A DNA stretch of 60,909 nt, the filler included, from Nitrospinota bacterium (lineage in GTDB: Bacteria > JADFOP01): NCBI GenBank assembly GCA_022562795.1. It is 4 parts of 4 records of this genome, joined end to end, with 100 filler letters (N's around TTAATTAATTAA, not from the genome) between each part and the next. Parts side by side here need not be neighbours in the genome. Positions count along the whole stretch, not along the records: positions 1 to 16,287 come from JADFOP010000046.1; positions 16,388 to 31,569 come from JADFOP010000047.1; 2 more parts are not named here. One strand, written 5' to 3'. This document shows, piece after piece, positions 15,880 through 28,261 of the stretch (position 1 is its first letter; every line of letters begins with the position of its first letter). The position numbers were made by a program, and so were the translations under genes. The notes beneath the pieces are model-generated. The model did not search any database. It was not told where the DNA came from and saw only the letters and a program-made list of their open reading frames with translations.

Positions 15880-16287
15880 TCACTGCGATGGGGCAAGCTT
15901 CAGCTCAAGGAACCGAAAATCAACCAGCTCCACCGCGGGAGGGACGCCGTCAATGACATTGTCTATCTTCATCACGGCCCTGGCCTCCTGCTCTGGCGGA
16001 GAATCCAGCGAAGCCAGCTTCTGGAGGGAAGGCGTCGCTTTCAGCCGACACACCTCGCCGGTCCCCGCAATGATAAAGACCCTATCCCCATTCGACTCAG
16101 TTAACACGCCCTGGGCGTCGAAGAGAGCGTAGCCGGTCTTGAAACCAGCCTTTTCGATTGCTTTGGCCATCTGTTGGGCGTTCTTAAGCCGCCACTGAGA
16201 GCCTTCTTTGAGCGAAACGGTGCCCGTGGCTTTTTCCAGACTCATGGTCACATTCTCAACGCCTTCCAGGCGTCTTAGGGCCTTTTC
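15880..16287 (-). CDS. HMA-domain protein, 5' end truncated by the contig edge
   Basis: 'EKALRRLEGVENVTMSL...KAIEKAGFK' is the second half of an HMA domain; the metal-binding motif would lie beyond the gap. Confidence 0.75.
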   Translation of the reverse strand, partial: EKALRRLEGVENVTMSLEKATGTVSLKEGSQWRLKNAQQMAKAIEKAGFKTGYALFDAQGVLTESNGDRVFIIAGTGEVCRLKATPSLQKLASLDSPPEQEARAVMKIDNVIDGVPPAVELVDFRFLELKLAPSQ

Positions 16288-16387
16288 NNNNNNNNNNNNN
16301 NNNNNNNNNNNNNNNNNNNNNNNNNNNNNNNTTAATTAATTAANNNNNNNNNNNNNNNNNNNNNNNNNNNNNNNNNNNNNNNNNNNN
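16288..16387. other. Artificial contig linker
   Basis: 100-nt N run with central TTAATTAATTAA (stops in all frames). Confidence 0.98.
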
Positions 16388-17570
16388 CATAACCGTCCAG
16401 AAGTCTTCCAGGATTTTGCCTCAGCTGTTGGGGGCCCGGTACCTGAAGGACATGCTCTACAAGAAGCCCTTCCTTATGGGGCTTGTCGCCCTGAGGGCCG
16501 CCTCCTGGTTGGCCATAGGGTTGGCTACGTTCTATTGGGGGACGTCTAATCCGACGCTGGTAATAGTCGTTTTTTTCATCGGCATTAGCCTGTTTTATGC
16601 GACCGGCGGGATCGGCCTAGTGGCTTTCAACGACTTCACCAGAAAGACCATCGACCGCCAAGAGCGGGGCTCATTTTTCGGCTGGCGCGCCCTTTTAGGT
16701 GGTGCGGCGGCTATAGTTACGGCCCTGGTGGCCTGGTGGATACTCTCTCTAATGGAGCCCTTTCCCCGTCCAACCCAACATGGCCTCTTGTTTTTCTTGG
16801 CGGCCCTTTTCATCGCGGTACAGATCTTTTTCTTTCTGCCCATGAAAGAGCCCGCGACACATACGGTTTCGCAGCGAGAACCCCTAAAGGATTACTTTAA
16901 AGAACTCGCAATGATCCTTAAATCCAGCCGCTGGTTTCGAACCCTGACGATTACCAAACTCCTTTTGAGCGGGGCCGTGCTGGCGACCCCCTTTTACGTT
17001 ACCTTCGCCATCACGAAGCTGGGCCAGCCGTTGATGTCCGTGGGGGCCTATACCATCCTCCTCGTGGTGGCGAAGGGCTTGGGCGGCTTCCTCTGGGGAA
17101 AGCTGGCCGACCGCAAGGGTCACAGGTCAGTCCTGATCGTGGTCGGATCCCTCGGTCTATTGCCGCCGCTTTTGGCCCTCCTATCAGGCCTCCATCATCC
17201 CTTCTGGATGTACGGAGTTTTCTTTAGCCTCGGGCTTACCCTGGATTCCACTGAGCTGCTGGAGCGCAATTACCTCTTAGAGTTGAGCCCAGAAGATAGC
17301 GTTCCTACCTTCTCGGCACTCCACAACACCCTGGCGGCTCCAGTCATATTGTTTCCTCTCATAGGAGCCTTGACAATCAACCTTGTGGGCCACCAGGGAT
17401 TGTTCATCTTGGTCCTGGTTGTCATTGCGGGAGGAATTGGTGTAGCGGTCAACCTTCCCGAAACGAGCGACTCCCCAAGTCTAACGCCGCCTCTCGGACA
17501 AATTAGATGGGCAGGAGACGTCCTACACGATGGGCAAAGAACTCATCTAGGTAACATAGGGCATGCATGA
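16388..17570 (+). CDS. MFS transporter, 5' partial
   Basis: Multiple TM segments, 'WGKLADRKGHR' motif A. Confidence 0.8.
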
Positions 17571-17599
17571 TCGCCCTGAACAGAAAGGAGAACACAATC

Positions 17600-17941
17600 A
17601 TGGCAAAAACAGCGACGCACCTTGAACTAACGGACGAAAACTTCCAGGCCGAAGTCCTTGAAAGCCGCGAGCCGGTGCTGGTGGATTTCTGGGCTGACTG
17701 GTGCGGCCCGTGCCGCGCCATCGCTCCGGTGATCGAAGAACTGGCAGCTGATTTTGAGGGACAAGCTAAAGTGGGCAAGGTGGATGTTGACACCAACGCC
17801 CATGTGGCCGCGCAGTATGAAATCCGCTCCATCCCTAGCCTGCTCCTGTTTAAGGATGGTGGGGTCGTGGATCGGGTCGTCGGTGTGGTCCCAAAGAGGG
17901 TATTGGCCGACAAGCTCAACAGATTGGTCCAGGAGGCATGA
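17600..17941 (+). CDS. trxA: Thioredoxin
   Basis: 'VDFWADWCGPCR', 'IRSIPSLLLFKDG'; RBS AAGGAG. Confidence 0.95.
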   Translation: MAKTATHLELTDENFQAEVLESREPVLVDFWADWCGPCRAIAPVIEELAADFEGQAKVGKVDVDTNAHVAAQYEIRSIPSLLLFKDGGVVDRVVGVVPKRVLADKLNRLVQEA

Positions 17942-18216
17942 ACCAGATGAAAGAAATCAAGCATAAAAGCCTCGCCGAAATTAACTCGGAGCAATCAGGA
18001 CTGATGACTGACTATCGCCATGGTCGGGCGGCCCCCTACACATGTCCCACCTGCGGCGAGACGGTCGAGCGGGACATCTTGACCTTTCTGCGCCACACGG
18101 ACAAGCACATCCTTGAGGCCCTGAAGGAGCTTCACCCAGAGTTGGTCGAAATCAACGGGGAGAGCCCCGCAGTGCTGAAATTCTACCGGGCCCAGCTGGG
18201 GCACGAACCATGGTGA
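17938..18216 (+). CDS. Small hypothetical protein with CxxC...H...H (zinc-finger-like)
   Basis: 'YTCPTCG...FLRHTDKH'; ATGA overlap with trxA. Confidence 0.65.
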   Translation: MNQMKEIKHKSLAEINSEQSGLMTDYRHGRAAPYTCPTCGETVERDILTFLRHTDKHILEALKELHPELVEINGESPAVLKFYRAQLGHEPW

Positions 18217-18288
18217 AATTGGAATCCAGCGAGATGTACTACAACTTGGCCGGCTTGCCAACGCTGGCCCTTTAAGAAGGAGACAGAC

Positions 18289-18870
18289 ATGAGAGCATAC
18301 AGAGAGCGACAGGACAAGAAGGGAATCACCACGGGCGTGGTATCATGGTTGACCGCTCTCACGGTAACCCTGAGCCTTTTGATAGGCGCTTCCTCGGCCG
18401 GGGCGATGGGGCGGGCCCAATTCCTAGAGCACCTCTCGTCCAAGGACGCCACTCGACTTCTAGAGAGCATCGAGTGGAATCGTTACCAGATGATCCAGAT
18501 CAACATCGCCCAGGTCAACCTTACCGAATTGGAAGGCTGGCAGGACTCAGCCGTCATACTCGACCTAAAGGGCGACGAATGGAAGGTCGAATTCCCCAAG
18601 GACTACTACCTCTCCGCCAACCGCTTCTTCTTTGTAGACGGGGCCAACCCGCGGCCGGTGGAGGGCGATGCTTGGGTTGCCGCACTGTCGCTGCTCGAGC
18701 GCAACCGCCTGAAGGTCTACCACGTTCGCCTCGGTGGGGCCGAGTCTCCGGACCGTGCCATCATCCTGACGCCCTACACCATCCGGGTCTCCACTATCGG
18801 CGACGCAATCCAGATCAAACTAGACAACCAAGGCCTCAATGACCGGCAAGAGTACGAGGCCCGGGAGTAG
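18289..18870 (+). CDS. Hypothetical exported protein
   Basis: RBS AAGGAG, signal-peptide-like N-terminus. Confidence 0.6.
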   Translation: MRAYRERQDKKGITTGVVSWLTALTVTLSLLIGASSAGAMGRAQFLEHLSSKDATRLLESIEWNRYQMIQINIAQVNLTELEGWQDSAVILDLKGDEWKVEFPKDYYLSANRFFFVDGANPRPVEGDAWVAALSLLERNRLKVYHVRLGGAESPDRAIILTPYTIRVSTIGDAIQIKLDNQGLNDRQEYEARE

Positions 18871-18874
18871 AGAA

Positions 18875-19348
18875 ATGACACGAATTACCGATGAGATTCG
18901 AATAAATGCCCCGAAGAACAAGGTCTGGGAGATCATCTCCGACCTCGGTGGCATAGAGAACTATCATCCCGGTGTTAAAAAGTCGTACTACACCTCGGAG
19001 ATTAGGAAAGGTGTGGGGGCGAGTCGATTTTGCGAGCTTCTCCCGATGGGTTCGATAGAGGAATCCGCCACTGAGTGGGAGGAAGGCGAAGGCTACGTAT
19101 TGGAAGTCCTTTCCGGAGAAAAGCTTCCGCCATTCAGGAAGGCGCACCTCAGGTTTACGGTAAAGGAAGAGGGACAGGAGACCCTCGCAACCATCAGCTT
19201 CGACTACACTTTGAAGTTTGGGCCCATTGGCAGGCTACTGGATGCATGGAAGGTTAGGCCTATGTTTCGCAAGGTCATTCCTCGCGTCCTTGACGGACTT
19301 AAGCAAAACAGCGAGAACGGCGGGAGAACGGTCCCATCCGGAAAGTAG
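18875..19348 (+). CDS. SRPBCC/polyketide cyclase-like protein
   Basis: 'IRINAPKNKVWEIISD...YHPGV', 'GVGASRFC'. Confidence 0.8.
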   Translation: MTRITDEIRINAPKNKVWEIISDLGGIENYHPGVKKSYYTSEIRKGVGASRFCELLPMGSIEESATEWEEGEGYVLEVLSGEKLPPFRKAHLRFTVKEEGQETLATISFDYTLKFGPIGRLLDAWKVRPMFRKVIPRVLDGLKQNSENGGRTVPSGK

Positions 19349-19473
19349 AAGCTGTATTACCGTTCGTTTGGGCCGAGGGGCGAGAAACATCGCTTAAGAA
19401 CAAGTTGGGCAGTAAGCCTCGAACAAGGCAATTCAAAACAGTTCAGTGACAAGACACGGAAGGAAATAAAATC

Positions 19474-20223
19474 ATGACCACACCAAGTAACATCAAAACA
19501 GTTCTTATCACGGGAGCATCCAGCGGCATCGGGTTGGGCGTTGCTCAAGCGTATCTGGACCTGGGTGCGAACGTCGTCCTGAACGCCCGCAACGAAGCGA
19601 AGCTGACCGAGGTGGCGAAAAACCTCGGGCGCTCGGACCAGATAGCCGTTGTGCCTGGTGACATTGGCCTCAAGGAGACGGGCCAGAGGATGGTCGACGC
19701 AGCCGTCGAGCGCTTCGGGCGAGTCGACGTTCTCCTCAACAATGCGGGCCACTTCTTTTCCAAGCCGTTCACCGAATATACGGAAGAAGATCTCGACGGT
19801 TTTCTCTCAGCCCATCTCAAGGGGACATACCTCACCTCCCAGGCCGCCGCGAGGCAGATGCGCACACAAGGCGGCGGGGCCATTATCAACATCACCACCG
19901 TCTTGGCGTCTCGCGGGGTCACCGCGATTCCCGCCAGCGCGCTCGTGGCCGCCAAAGGGGCCATGAATGCGATAACCACGAGTCTTGCGATCGAGCTCGC
20001 ACCGGACAACATCCGTGTGAATGCCGTTGCGCTGGGCATTATCAAAACTCCTATCCATGGCATGACCGACGAGCAGTTCGAAGAGCTGAACGCCATGCAG
20101 CCGCTGGGCCGTGTCGGCGAAATCAAGGACGCCGTCGACGCGGTGCTATACCTTGCCGACGCGAATTTCGTCACAGGCGTCGTCTTGCCGGTCGATGGCG
20201 GCGTCGCTGCGGGAGGCGAGTAG
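19474..20223 (+). CDS. Short-chain dehydrogenase/reductase
   Basis: 'TGASSGIG', 'NNAG', 'IRVNAVA'; the catalytic YxxxK appears altered (LVAAK). Confidence 0.9.
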   Translation: MTTPSNIKTVLITGASSGIGLGVAQAYLDLGANVVLNARNEAKLTEVAKNLGRSDQIAVVPGDIGLKETGQRMVDAAVERFGRVDVLLNNAGHFFSKPFTEYTEEDLDGFLSAHLKGTYLTSQAAARQMRTQGGGAIINITTVLASRGVTAIPASALVAAKGAMNAITTSLAIELAPDNIRVNAVALGIIKTPIHGMTDEQFEELNAMQPLGRVGEIKDAVDAVLYLADANFVTGVVLPVDGGVAAGGE

Positions 20224-20228
20224 CAGCC

Positions 20229-21296
20229 ATGAACGAGGTATTCGGGATGGAATCAGGCAATGGCTTCGAGAGAGTGGGGCCGCCGACCGCTGAGGTCGAC
20301 TCGGATTCGGATGATGGTATTCTCGACGCCTATTCGCGGGCGGTAATCAGAGTAGCCGAAGAAGTAAGCCCCTCGGTGGTGAATATCGAGGTCCGTCATC
20401 GGCGCAGGGGCCGGAAGGCAATGGATCCGCGATTCCCGCAGGAGGCGCGGGGGAATGGCTCTGGATTCATCTTCACACCGGACGGATTTGTTCTTACCAA
20501 CAGCCACGTCGTGCATGGAGCGACATCTATCGAGGTGACGCTGCCTGATGGACGCCGGTTTGAGGCGGACCTCATAGGCGGGGACCCTCACACCGACCTT
20601 GCCGTGCTCAGAATCGATGCGCCAAAGGTTGTGCCGGCGGCGTTGGGGGACTCGCAATCCATTCGCGTGGGCCAGCTGGTCGTTGCCATTGGCAACCCGT
20701 ACGGCTTTCAGGCGACGGTAACTGCGGGCGTTGTGAGCGCGCTCGGCCGCTCGCTTCGGTCGCGCTCGGGCCGCCTCATCGATAACGTCATCCAGACCGA
20801 TGCCGCGTTGAACCCCGGCAACTCGGGCGGTCCGCTCGTCACCTCTGGTGGGGAGGTCATCGGAGTCAACACCGCCGTAATTCTCCCGGCACAGGGCATC
20901 TGCTTCGCGATCGGCATTAACACTGCCAAGTTCGTGGCCGGACGGCTCATCCGAGACGGGAAGGTCATGCGAAGCTACATCGGAGTCGGAGGTCAAAATG
21001 TGCCCCTCCAGCGCCGGGTTGTACGCTTTCATGGCTTACCGGCTGAAAGCGGCATCCTCGTCGTCTCAATTGAGAAGAACAGCCCGGCCCGGCGCGCCGG
21101 CCTTCAAGAAGGAGACGTTATCGTTGCGTACGACGGCAACGAAGTTGTTGGAATAGATGATTTACATAAATTGTTGACAGAGGAGCGGGTGGGTGTGAGT
21201 TCGGCGCTGACGATCATCAGGGGCCACGAGAAGAGAGTCCTCTCGGTCGTCCCGGAAGAGTCGCCGGCTAATGCAGGAGGGGCGGACTCGCCATGA
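20229..21296 (+). CDS. HtrA/DegS-like trypsin-like serine protease with PDZ domain
   Basis: 'TNSHVV', 'DLAVL', 'GNSGGPL' catalytic triad motifs. Confidence 0.92.
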   Translation: MNEVFGMESGNGFERVGPPTAEVDSDSDDGILDAYSRAVIRVAEEVSPSVVNIEVRHRRRGRKAMDPRFPQEARGNGSGFIFTPDGFVLTNSHVVHGATSIEVTLPDGRRFEADLIGGDPHTDLAVLRIDAPKVVPAALGDSQSIRVGQLVVAIGNPYGFQATVTAGVVSALGRSLRSRSGRLIDNVIQTDAALNPGNSGGPLVTSGGEVIGVNTAVILPAQGICFAIGINTAKFVAGRLIRDGKVMRSYIGVGGQNVPLQRRVVRFHGLPAESGILVVSIEKNSPARRAGLQEGDVIVAYDGNEVVGIDDLHKLLTEERVGVSSALTIIRGHEKRVLSVVPEESPANAGGADSP

Positions 21297-21385
21297 CACC
21301 ATACATAAGACCACAGCGCTTACAGGTCGTTGGAGGACGAGTGCGATGGACCGGTTTGACATCAACGCAAATGTAGCGCTGAAGG

Positions 21386-22246
21386 ATGGAAATCATGTCA
21401 ACTAAAGCGGAAAATCCCGGAAAAAGCAACGTGGATCCGATGTCGCAGTATCTCAGAGATATATCATCCCTCCCTATGCTAACGAGGGAAGAGGAGATCG
21501 AGCTTGCCCGCCGCGTCCAAAAGGGGGACCGGGATGCGATTCGCAAGCTTGTCGAGGGCAACCTGCGATTTGTCGTCAGCGTGGCCTCGAAGTTCAGCGC
21601 CTCCTCAATTGCCCTGATCGACCTCGTAAACGAAGGAAACATAGGCCTCATCAGGGCGGCCGAGAAATTTGATCCAGACAGGGGGGTGAAATTCATCACC
21701 TACGCCGTCTGGTGGATCAGGGCCGCCATCCAGAGTGCGCTTGCCAAGCAGAGCGGAGTTATCGGGATGCCGCAAAAGCAACGCGATGTGGTCTACAAGA
21801 TCCACCAGAAGGAGCAGGAGCTCACCAAACTATTGGGGCGCGACCCCAGTCGAGACGAGGTGGCCGAGGCTATTAGGCTCACCCCTGAGGAAATCGAGGT
21901 CAAGCTCAGGGCCGCCAGTCTACCGCTCTCCCTTGATGAATTGATTTCCAATGAGCCGAGCCTCAACTATTTGAACACCCTAAAGGCCGACTTCCAGGTG
22001 GACGAGGGTCTGATCGCTGAGGACCTTCAGGAAGAGATCGAAAGTCTCGTGAAGACCTTGAGCAGGCGCGAACGGGACATTATCAGCATGAGATTCGGCC
22101 TGAACGGATACGATCCGATGACCCTGCATGAGATTGGTGAGATAATGAAGTTGTCGAAAGAGCGGATTCGCCAGATTGAGGCCGAGGCCCTCAAAGAGCT
22201 CCAGGAGACAGCCAGGGACCGCGACCTGGAAGCGGCATTGAGTTAA
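21386..22246 (+). CDS. Alternative sigma-70 factor (RpoD/RpoS-like, lacking region 1.1)
   Basis: 'NLRFVVSVA', 'DLVNEGNIGLIRAAEKFD', 'TYAVWWIR', 'SKERIRQIE'. Confidence 0.92.
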   Translation: MEIMSTKAENPGKSNVDPMSQYLRDISSLPMLTREEEIELARRVQKGDRDAIRKLVEGNLRFVVSVASKFSASSIALIDLVNEGNIGLIRAAEKFDPDRGVKFITYAVWWIRAAIQSALAKQSGVIGMPQKQRDVVYKIHQKEQELTKLLGRDPSRDEVAEAIRLTPEEIEVKLRAASLPLSLDELISNEPSLNYLNTLKADFQVDEGLIAEDLQEEIESLVKTLSRRERDIISMRFGLNGYDPMTLHEIGEIMKLSKERIRQIEAEALKELQETARDRDLEAALS

Positions 22247-22526
22247 CCTCAGCCAAGGATTGGACAGAACTAAGGAACTACTTCATATTATTGTTATTAT
22301 CCTATTGATAATATTGGGAACAATAGCCCTGAGCTTTGTCAACCCGAAAGTTACTTGCATAATACAGTAGGATTAAGTAATACTTGACCCACTTCATTTC
22401 TTCTGCTCAAGCTCTTAGAATTAAGAATAGCCACGAAGCTGACTAAGTAGGCGGTGACTCTAATTCGGATTGTAGCCCTGGGCTGGTGGGGGGCTCGTCA
22501 AACGGGCGGCCAAGGAGTCATATTAT

Positions 22527-23606
22527 ATGAAAGCCGTTGCTGTACACCCAGGAGAGAAGGGGAGCGCCCACCTGCGGGAGGTGCCCACGCCCGATGTCGG
22601 TCCAGGTGAGGTTCTGGTCCGCGTGGTCCAGGTGGGGCTCGACGGCACCGATACCGAGATCAACGATGGCTTATACGGCGAGGCCCCCCCTGGCGACGAT
22701 TACCTCATTATCGGACACGAATCGTTGGGCGTCGTCGAAGATGTGGGCTCGGAAGTTTCCGATTTAAGCGTCGGAGATCTGGTCGTCGCTACGGTCCGTC
22801 GGCCGGGCGGTTGCATCAACTGCCAGGCCGGGGAAAATGACATGTGTCTTGACGGCGACTACACCGAGCGGGGCATCAAGGGCGCCCACGGTTTCCTCGC
22901 CGACTATTACGTAGAGGTCCCCGACTACCTAGTCACATTGCCCGCGGGGTATGAGCCGGTCGGCGTGCTCTTAGAGCCTGTCACCGTTGCCGAGAAAGGG
23001 ATCGTCCAGGCCCTGGAAGTTCAGCGGCGCATGGCCTGGGAGCCTGGGCGCGCCCTCGTGCTCGGGGCGGGCCCCCTTGGCCTTCTGGCCACGGCCCTGC
23101 TGAGGATAATGGGTCTGGAGACCTACACTGTGGCCCGCGCGCCGGCTGACGGGGCGAGCCTGAAGCAGCAACTGATTGCCGAGATGGGGGCCGCCTACCT
23201 GAGCAGTCGGGAGCACCCGGTCCACGAGCTGGGAAGCGAGCTTGGCCGCATAGACCTCATCTTTGAGGCCACGGGCCACTCCGGGGTAGTCTTCGATGCG
23301 ATGCAAGCCCTCGGGGTCAATGGGGTGATGTGTCTGACCGGGATCACAGGCGGCGACGCCGTGAGGGAAATTCCCGCCGACAAGATCAACCTTGAGATGG
23401 TGCTCGGCAACAAGTTGGTCTTCGGCAGCGTAAACGCAAACCGTCGCTACTTCGAGCTGGGAGTGGGCCACATTGGAGAGATCCGCGACAGGTGGCCCGG
23501 CCTTCTGGAGCGCTTCTTCACCCAACGTCTTTCCATCGAGGAGTTCGAGAAGGGGCTCTATCGCCCCAAGGACGACATCAAGACGGTGGTGGAGCTGCAG
23601 TCGTAA
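22527..23606 (+). CDS. Zn-dependent (MDR) glucose 1-dehydrogenase
   Basis: 'GLDGTD', 'GHESLG', 'VRRP..C..C.......C', 'ERGIKGAHG', 'GSVNANRR'. Confidence 0.85.
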   Translation: MKAVAVHPGEKGSAHLREVPTPDVGPGEVLVRVVQVGLDGTDTEINDGLYGEAPPGDDYLIIGHESLGVVEDVGSEVSDLSVGDLVVATVRRPGGCINCQAGENDMCLDGDYTERGIKGAHGFLADYYVEVPDYLVTLPAGYEPVGVLLEPVTVAEKGIVQALEVQRRMAWEPGRALVLGAGPLGLLATALLRIMGLETYTVARAPADGASLKQQLIAEMGAAYLSSREHPVHELGSELGRIDLIFEATGHSGVVFDAMQALGVNGVMCLTGITGGDAVREIPADKINLEMVLGNKLVFGSVNANRRYFELGVGHIGEIRDRWPGLLERFFTQRLSIEEFEKGLYRPKDDIKTVVELQS

Positions 23607-23623
23607 AGAAAGGGTACCGAGCG

Positions 23624-25429
<1,806 letters not shown>

Positions 25430-25430
25430 C

Positions 25431-26780
25431 GTGGCGACGCCGCCCGGTGTTTCCGCCTCACCCGCCATCGGTCACGTCCTGGCCCGGCCGTCGACCTCGC
25501 TTGCCCCGCGCATCCTGATCCTTGGAGGCGGGTTCGCCGGTGTCACCACCGCCCTGGAGTTGGCCAAGCGGTGCGCAGGCGTCCTGCCGGTCCATATTAC
25601 CCTCGTCTCAAACCAGAACTTCTTCCTGTTTACCCCGATGCTCGCTGAGGCCGCCGCCGGGGCGGTGGAAACCCGACACGTCCTCTATCCCATCCGGCCA
25701 CTTTGCGTAGCCTGGGGTGTCGAGTTCGGTGAGATGTCGGTCGAAGCCATCGACCTCGAGCGTCACCGGGTAATTGCCGGTCACCGCCGGTCCCAGATAC
25801 GCCAGCGGCTCTACTACGACAAGCTGGTGCTGGCCCTCGGCGCCAGACCCAACATGGCGCTGGTGCCGGGCGCGGCGGAGCACGCCCTCGCCTTTAAAGG
25901 GGCGGGCGACGCCGTCCGAATCCGAAACCATGTGATAAACCTTTTCGAGGCGGCCGTCTTGACCGACGACCCGTGGGCACGGCAACGCCTGCTGACGTTC
26001 GTCGTCGTGGGGGCGGGCCACGCTGGAACAGAGCTCATCGCGGCCCTGGAAGAGCTTACGCGTGGGATTTTGCTCCGACACTATCCCTCCATACCCCCCG
26101 AGAGCATCCGCCTGGTCCTGGTCGGCAGGACTGTTCTTCCCCAAACGGCCACGAACCTCGCCGACTATGCGCGGGAGCAGCTTATCAAAAGGGGGATTGA
26201 GTTAGAATCTAGCAGGGGGGCGGAGGTCTCGCCAGAGGGCCTGACTCTAAAGGACGGTCGGGTCATTCCAAGCAACTGCGTCATCTGGACCGCCGGCAAC
26301 CGCGTTAGCCCGGTTGTGGCCGACCTGCCGTTGGAAAAGGCGAAGGACGGGCGGCTGCAGGTCAACGAGTTCTTCGAGGTAAAGGGGGTGTGCAACGTCT
26401 ACGCCCTCGGGGACAATTCCTACCAGATTGACCCACACACAGAGAAGCCGTACGTCGCAACGGCGCAGGTCGCAATCCGCCAGGCCCGGGCGCTGGCTGC
26501 TGTGGTGGAGGCGGAGCTGATCGGCCGCGAGAAGAAACCTTTCAGATTCCGCCTGCTTGGTGAGATGGTGCCCCTAAGCCGTCGGACCGCAGTCGCCGAT
26601 CTTAAGGGGTTTAAGCTCGTCGGCTTCCCCGCCTGGCTCATCTGGAAGACGGTCTACATGCTCAAACTACCGACCCTGGTCGCCCGCGTGAGAGTTTTTC
26701 TGGATTGGATGGTCGAACTCTTCTTCGAGCGGGATGTTTCGGAATTCACAATGGAAGAGGAGAAGGGTAGGGGAGGCTGA
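25431..26780 (+). CDS. NAD(P)/FAD-dependent oxidoreductase (type II NADH dehydrogenase family)
   Basis: 'ILGGGFAG', 'FTPMLAE', 'YDKLVLALG', 'ALGD', 'TAQVA'. Confidence 0.88.
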   Translation: MATPPGVSASPAIGHVLARPSTSLAPRILILGGGFAGVTTALELAKRCAGVLPVHITLVSNQNFFLFTPMLAEAAAGAVETRHVLYPIRPLCVAWGVEFGEMSVEAIDLERHRVIAGHRRSQIRQRLYYDKLVLALGARPNMALVPGAAEHALAFKGAGDAVRIRNHVINLFEAAVLTDDPWARQRLLTFVVVGAGHAGTELIAALEELTRGILLRHYPSIPPESIRLVLVGRTVLPQTATNLADYAREQLIKRGIELESSRGAEVSPEGLTLKDGRVIPSNCVIWTAGNRVSPVVADLPLEKAKDGRLQVNEFFEVKGVCNVYALGDNSYQIDPHTEKPYVATAQVAIRQARALAAVVEAELIGREKKPFRFRLLGEMVPLSRRTAVADLKGFKLVGFPAWLIWKTVYMLKLPTLVARVRVFLDWMVELFFERDVSEFTMEEEKGRGG

Positions 26781-26781
26781 G

Positions 26782-28200
26782 ATGCCACGGGGTGAAGCGC
26801 GGAGACCCTTGAAGGCCCGTCTGCCGGTGTGGAGACGTTTGGGGTGGCGCCTTGGTGCGACCATCCTGGTGCTGACCGCCCTTGGGATATTGCTGAGCGG
26901 CCTCCTCCAGTACCGGGCTCAGGATCGGCTGCTACGTGAGTCCCTGGGCTCCCTCCTGCTCAACATCGCTCGAACCGGCACACTGGTGCTGGACGGGGAT
27001 CTGCACCAGAGGGTCGTGAAGGAGGGACGGAACGACACGGAAGCATATCAGACAATCCGAGCGAAGCTCAAGCAGATTCAAGAGACGAACCAGCTCGGGG
27101 ACCCGGTATACACAATCGTGGACGTTATGGGTGAGAAGGCCCGTTTCGCTGTCATCAGCCAGGGTTCGGTGTCGGTTGGCAAGCCCTATCAGCTGGCCCC
27201 GTCGATCCAGCCCATTCTGGTGCGCGTGTTGGCCGAGGGGGCCGCCGCGTACACCGACATCTACCAGAACGAGCACGGCGTCTGGATCACCGCTTTCGCT
27301 CCGATTTTGAACGAAGCGGGCCAGACCGTGGGCGCCCTCGACGTAGATTTTAGGGCCGATGTCTACCTTGCCGAGCTGGGAGCCGTCAGGCGACGGCTCT
27401 ATCTCCACTCGCTGGCCGCTGCCATCCTGGCTCTGGTTGCAGGGGTCCTGCTCGCACGCCAAATTACCCGCCCGTTGGCCGAGTTGGCGTCGTCTGCCCG
27501 GAAGGTGGTCGAGGGGGATCTGACCACCAGGGTCCAGATCGACTCCCGGGATGAGATTGGCATGTTGGGCAACGTCTTCCATCTCATGGTCGAGCGTCTG
27601 CAGGTCTCCCACCGGAGCATGGTGGACGTGTTGGTTCGAGCGTTGGAGGCGCGTGGAGGAGAGGACGGCTCGCTCCGGCGTCTGGCCACAGCCGCGCTCG
27701 CCCTTGCCGATGGCCTGGAGGTTACTCCGACCCAGCGTGAGGCCCTCGAACTCGGAGCGCTCTTGCACGACATAGGCGAGATCAGGACCCCCGAGGCGGT
27801 CCTGCAAAAGCCCGGCCCCCTCACGCCCGAGGAGCGCCGATTGGTCGAGCAACACCCGGCAGTAGGCGTGGACCTCTTGGAGACGGTGCCCTTGCTGACC
27901 CCGGCCCTCGACGTGGTGGGCGGCCACCACGAACGCTATGAAGGAGGTGGCTACCCGCAGGGGATAGGTGGAGACGACATCCCCTTAACGGCCCGCATCT
28001 TCGCCGTAGTCGACGCCCTCGACGCAATGGCCCACGACCGGCCGTACCGGAGCGCCCGTCAGGTCGCCGAGGCGCTGGAGGAGCTCAAACTGCAGGCCGG
28101 CAAACAGTTTGACCCGCGGATCGTGGAGGTTGCCTTGTCGATCGACGAGTCGAGGTGGGAGGAGCTCCTGGGAAACCAGGAGACGGGGCAGAGTGACTAA
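26782..28200 (+). CDS. Membrane sensor (periplasmic domain)-HAMP-HD-GYP protein
   Basis: Two TM helices, 'DEIGMLG' HAMP, 'LHDIG', 'HHERYEGGGYPQG', 'RPYR'. Confidence 0.88.
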   Translation: MPRGEARRPLKARLPVWRRLGWRLGATILVLTALGILLSGLLQYRAQDRLLRESLGSLLLNIARTGTLVLDGDLHQRVVKEGRNDTEAYQTIRAKLKQIQETNQLGDPVYTIVDVMGEKARFAVISQGSVSVGKPYQLAPSIQPILVRVLAEGAAAYTDIYQNEHGVWITAFAPILNEAGQTVGALDVDFRADVYLAELGAVRRRLYLHSLAAAILALVAGVLLARQITRPLAELASSARKVVEGDLTTRVQIDSRDEIGMLGNVFHLMVERLQVSHRSMVDVLVRALEARGGEDGSLRRLATAALALADGLEVTPTQREALELGALLHDIGEIRTPEAVLQKPGPLTPEERRLVEQHPAVGVDLLETVPLLTPALDVVGGHHERYEGGGYPQGIGGDDIPLTARIFAVVDALDAMAHDRPYRSARQVAEALEELKLQAGKQFDPRIVEVALSIDESRWEELLGNQETGQSD

Positions 28201-28261
28201 CTGACGAGAACGCTTCGCTGGAGGTTCTCGTGGCTGGCCGAGACCATAAGGAGTAATCAGC

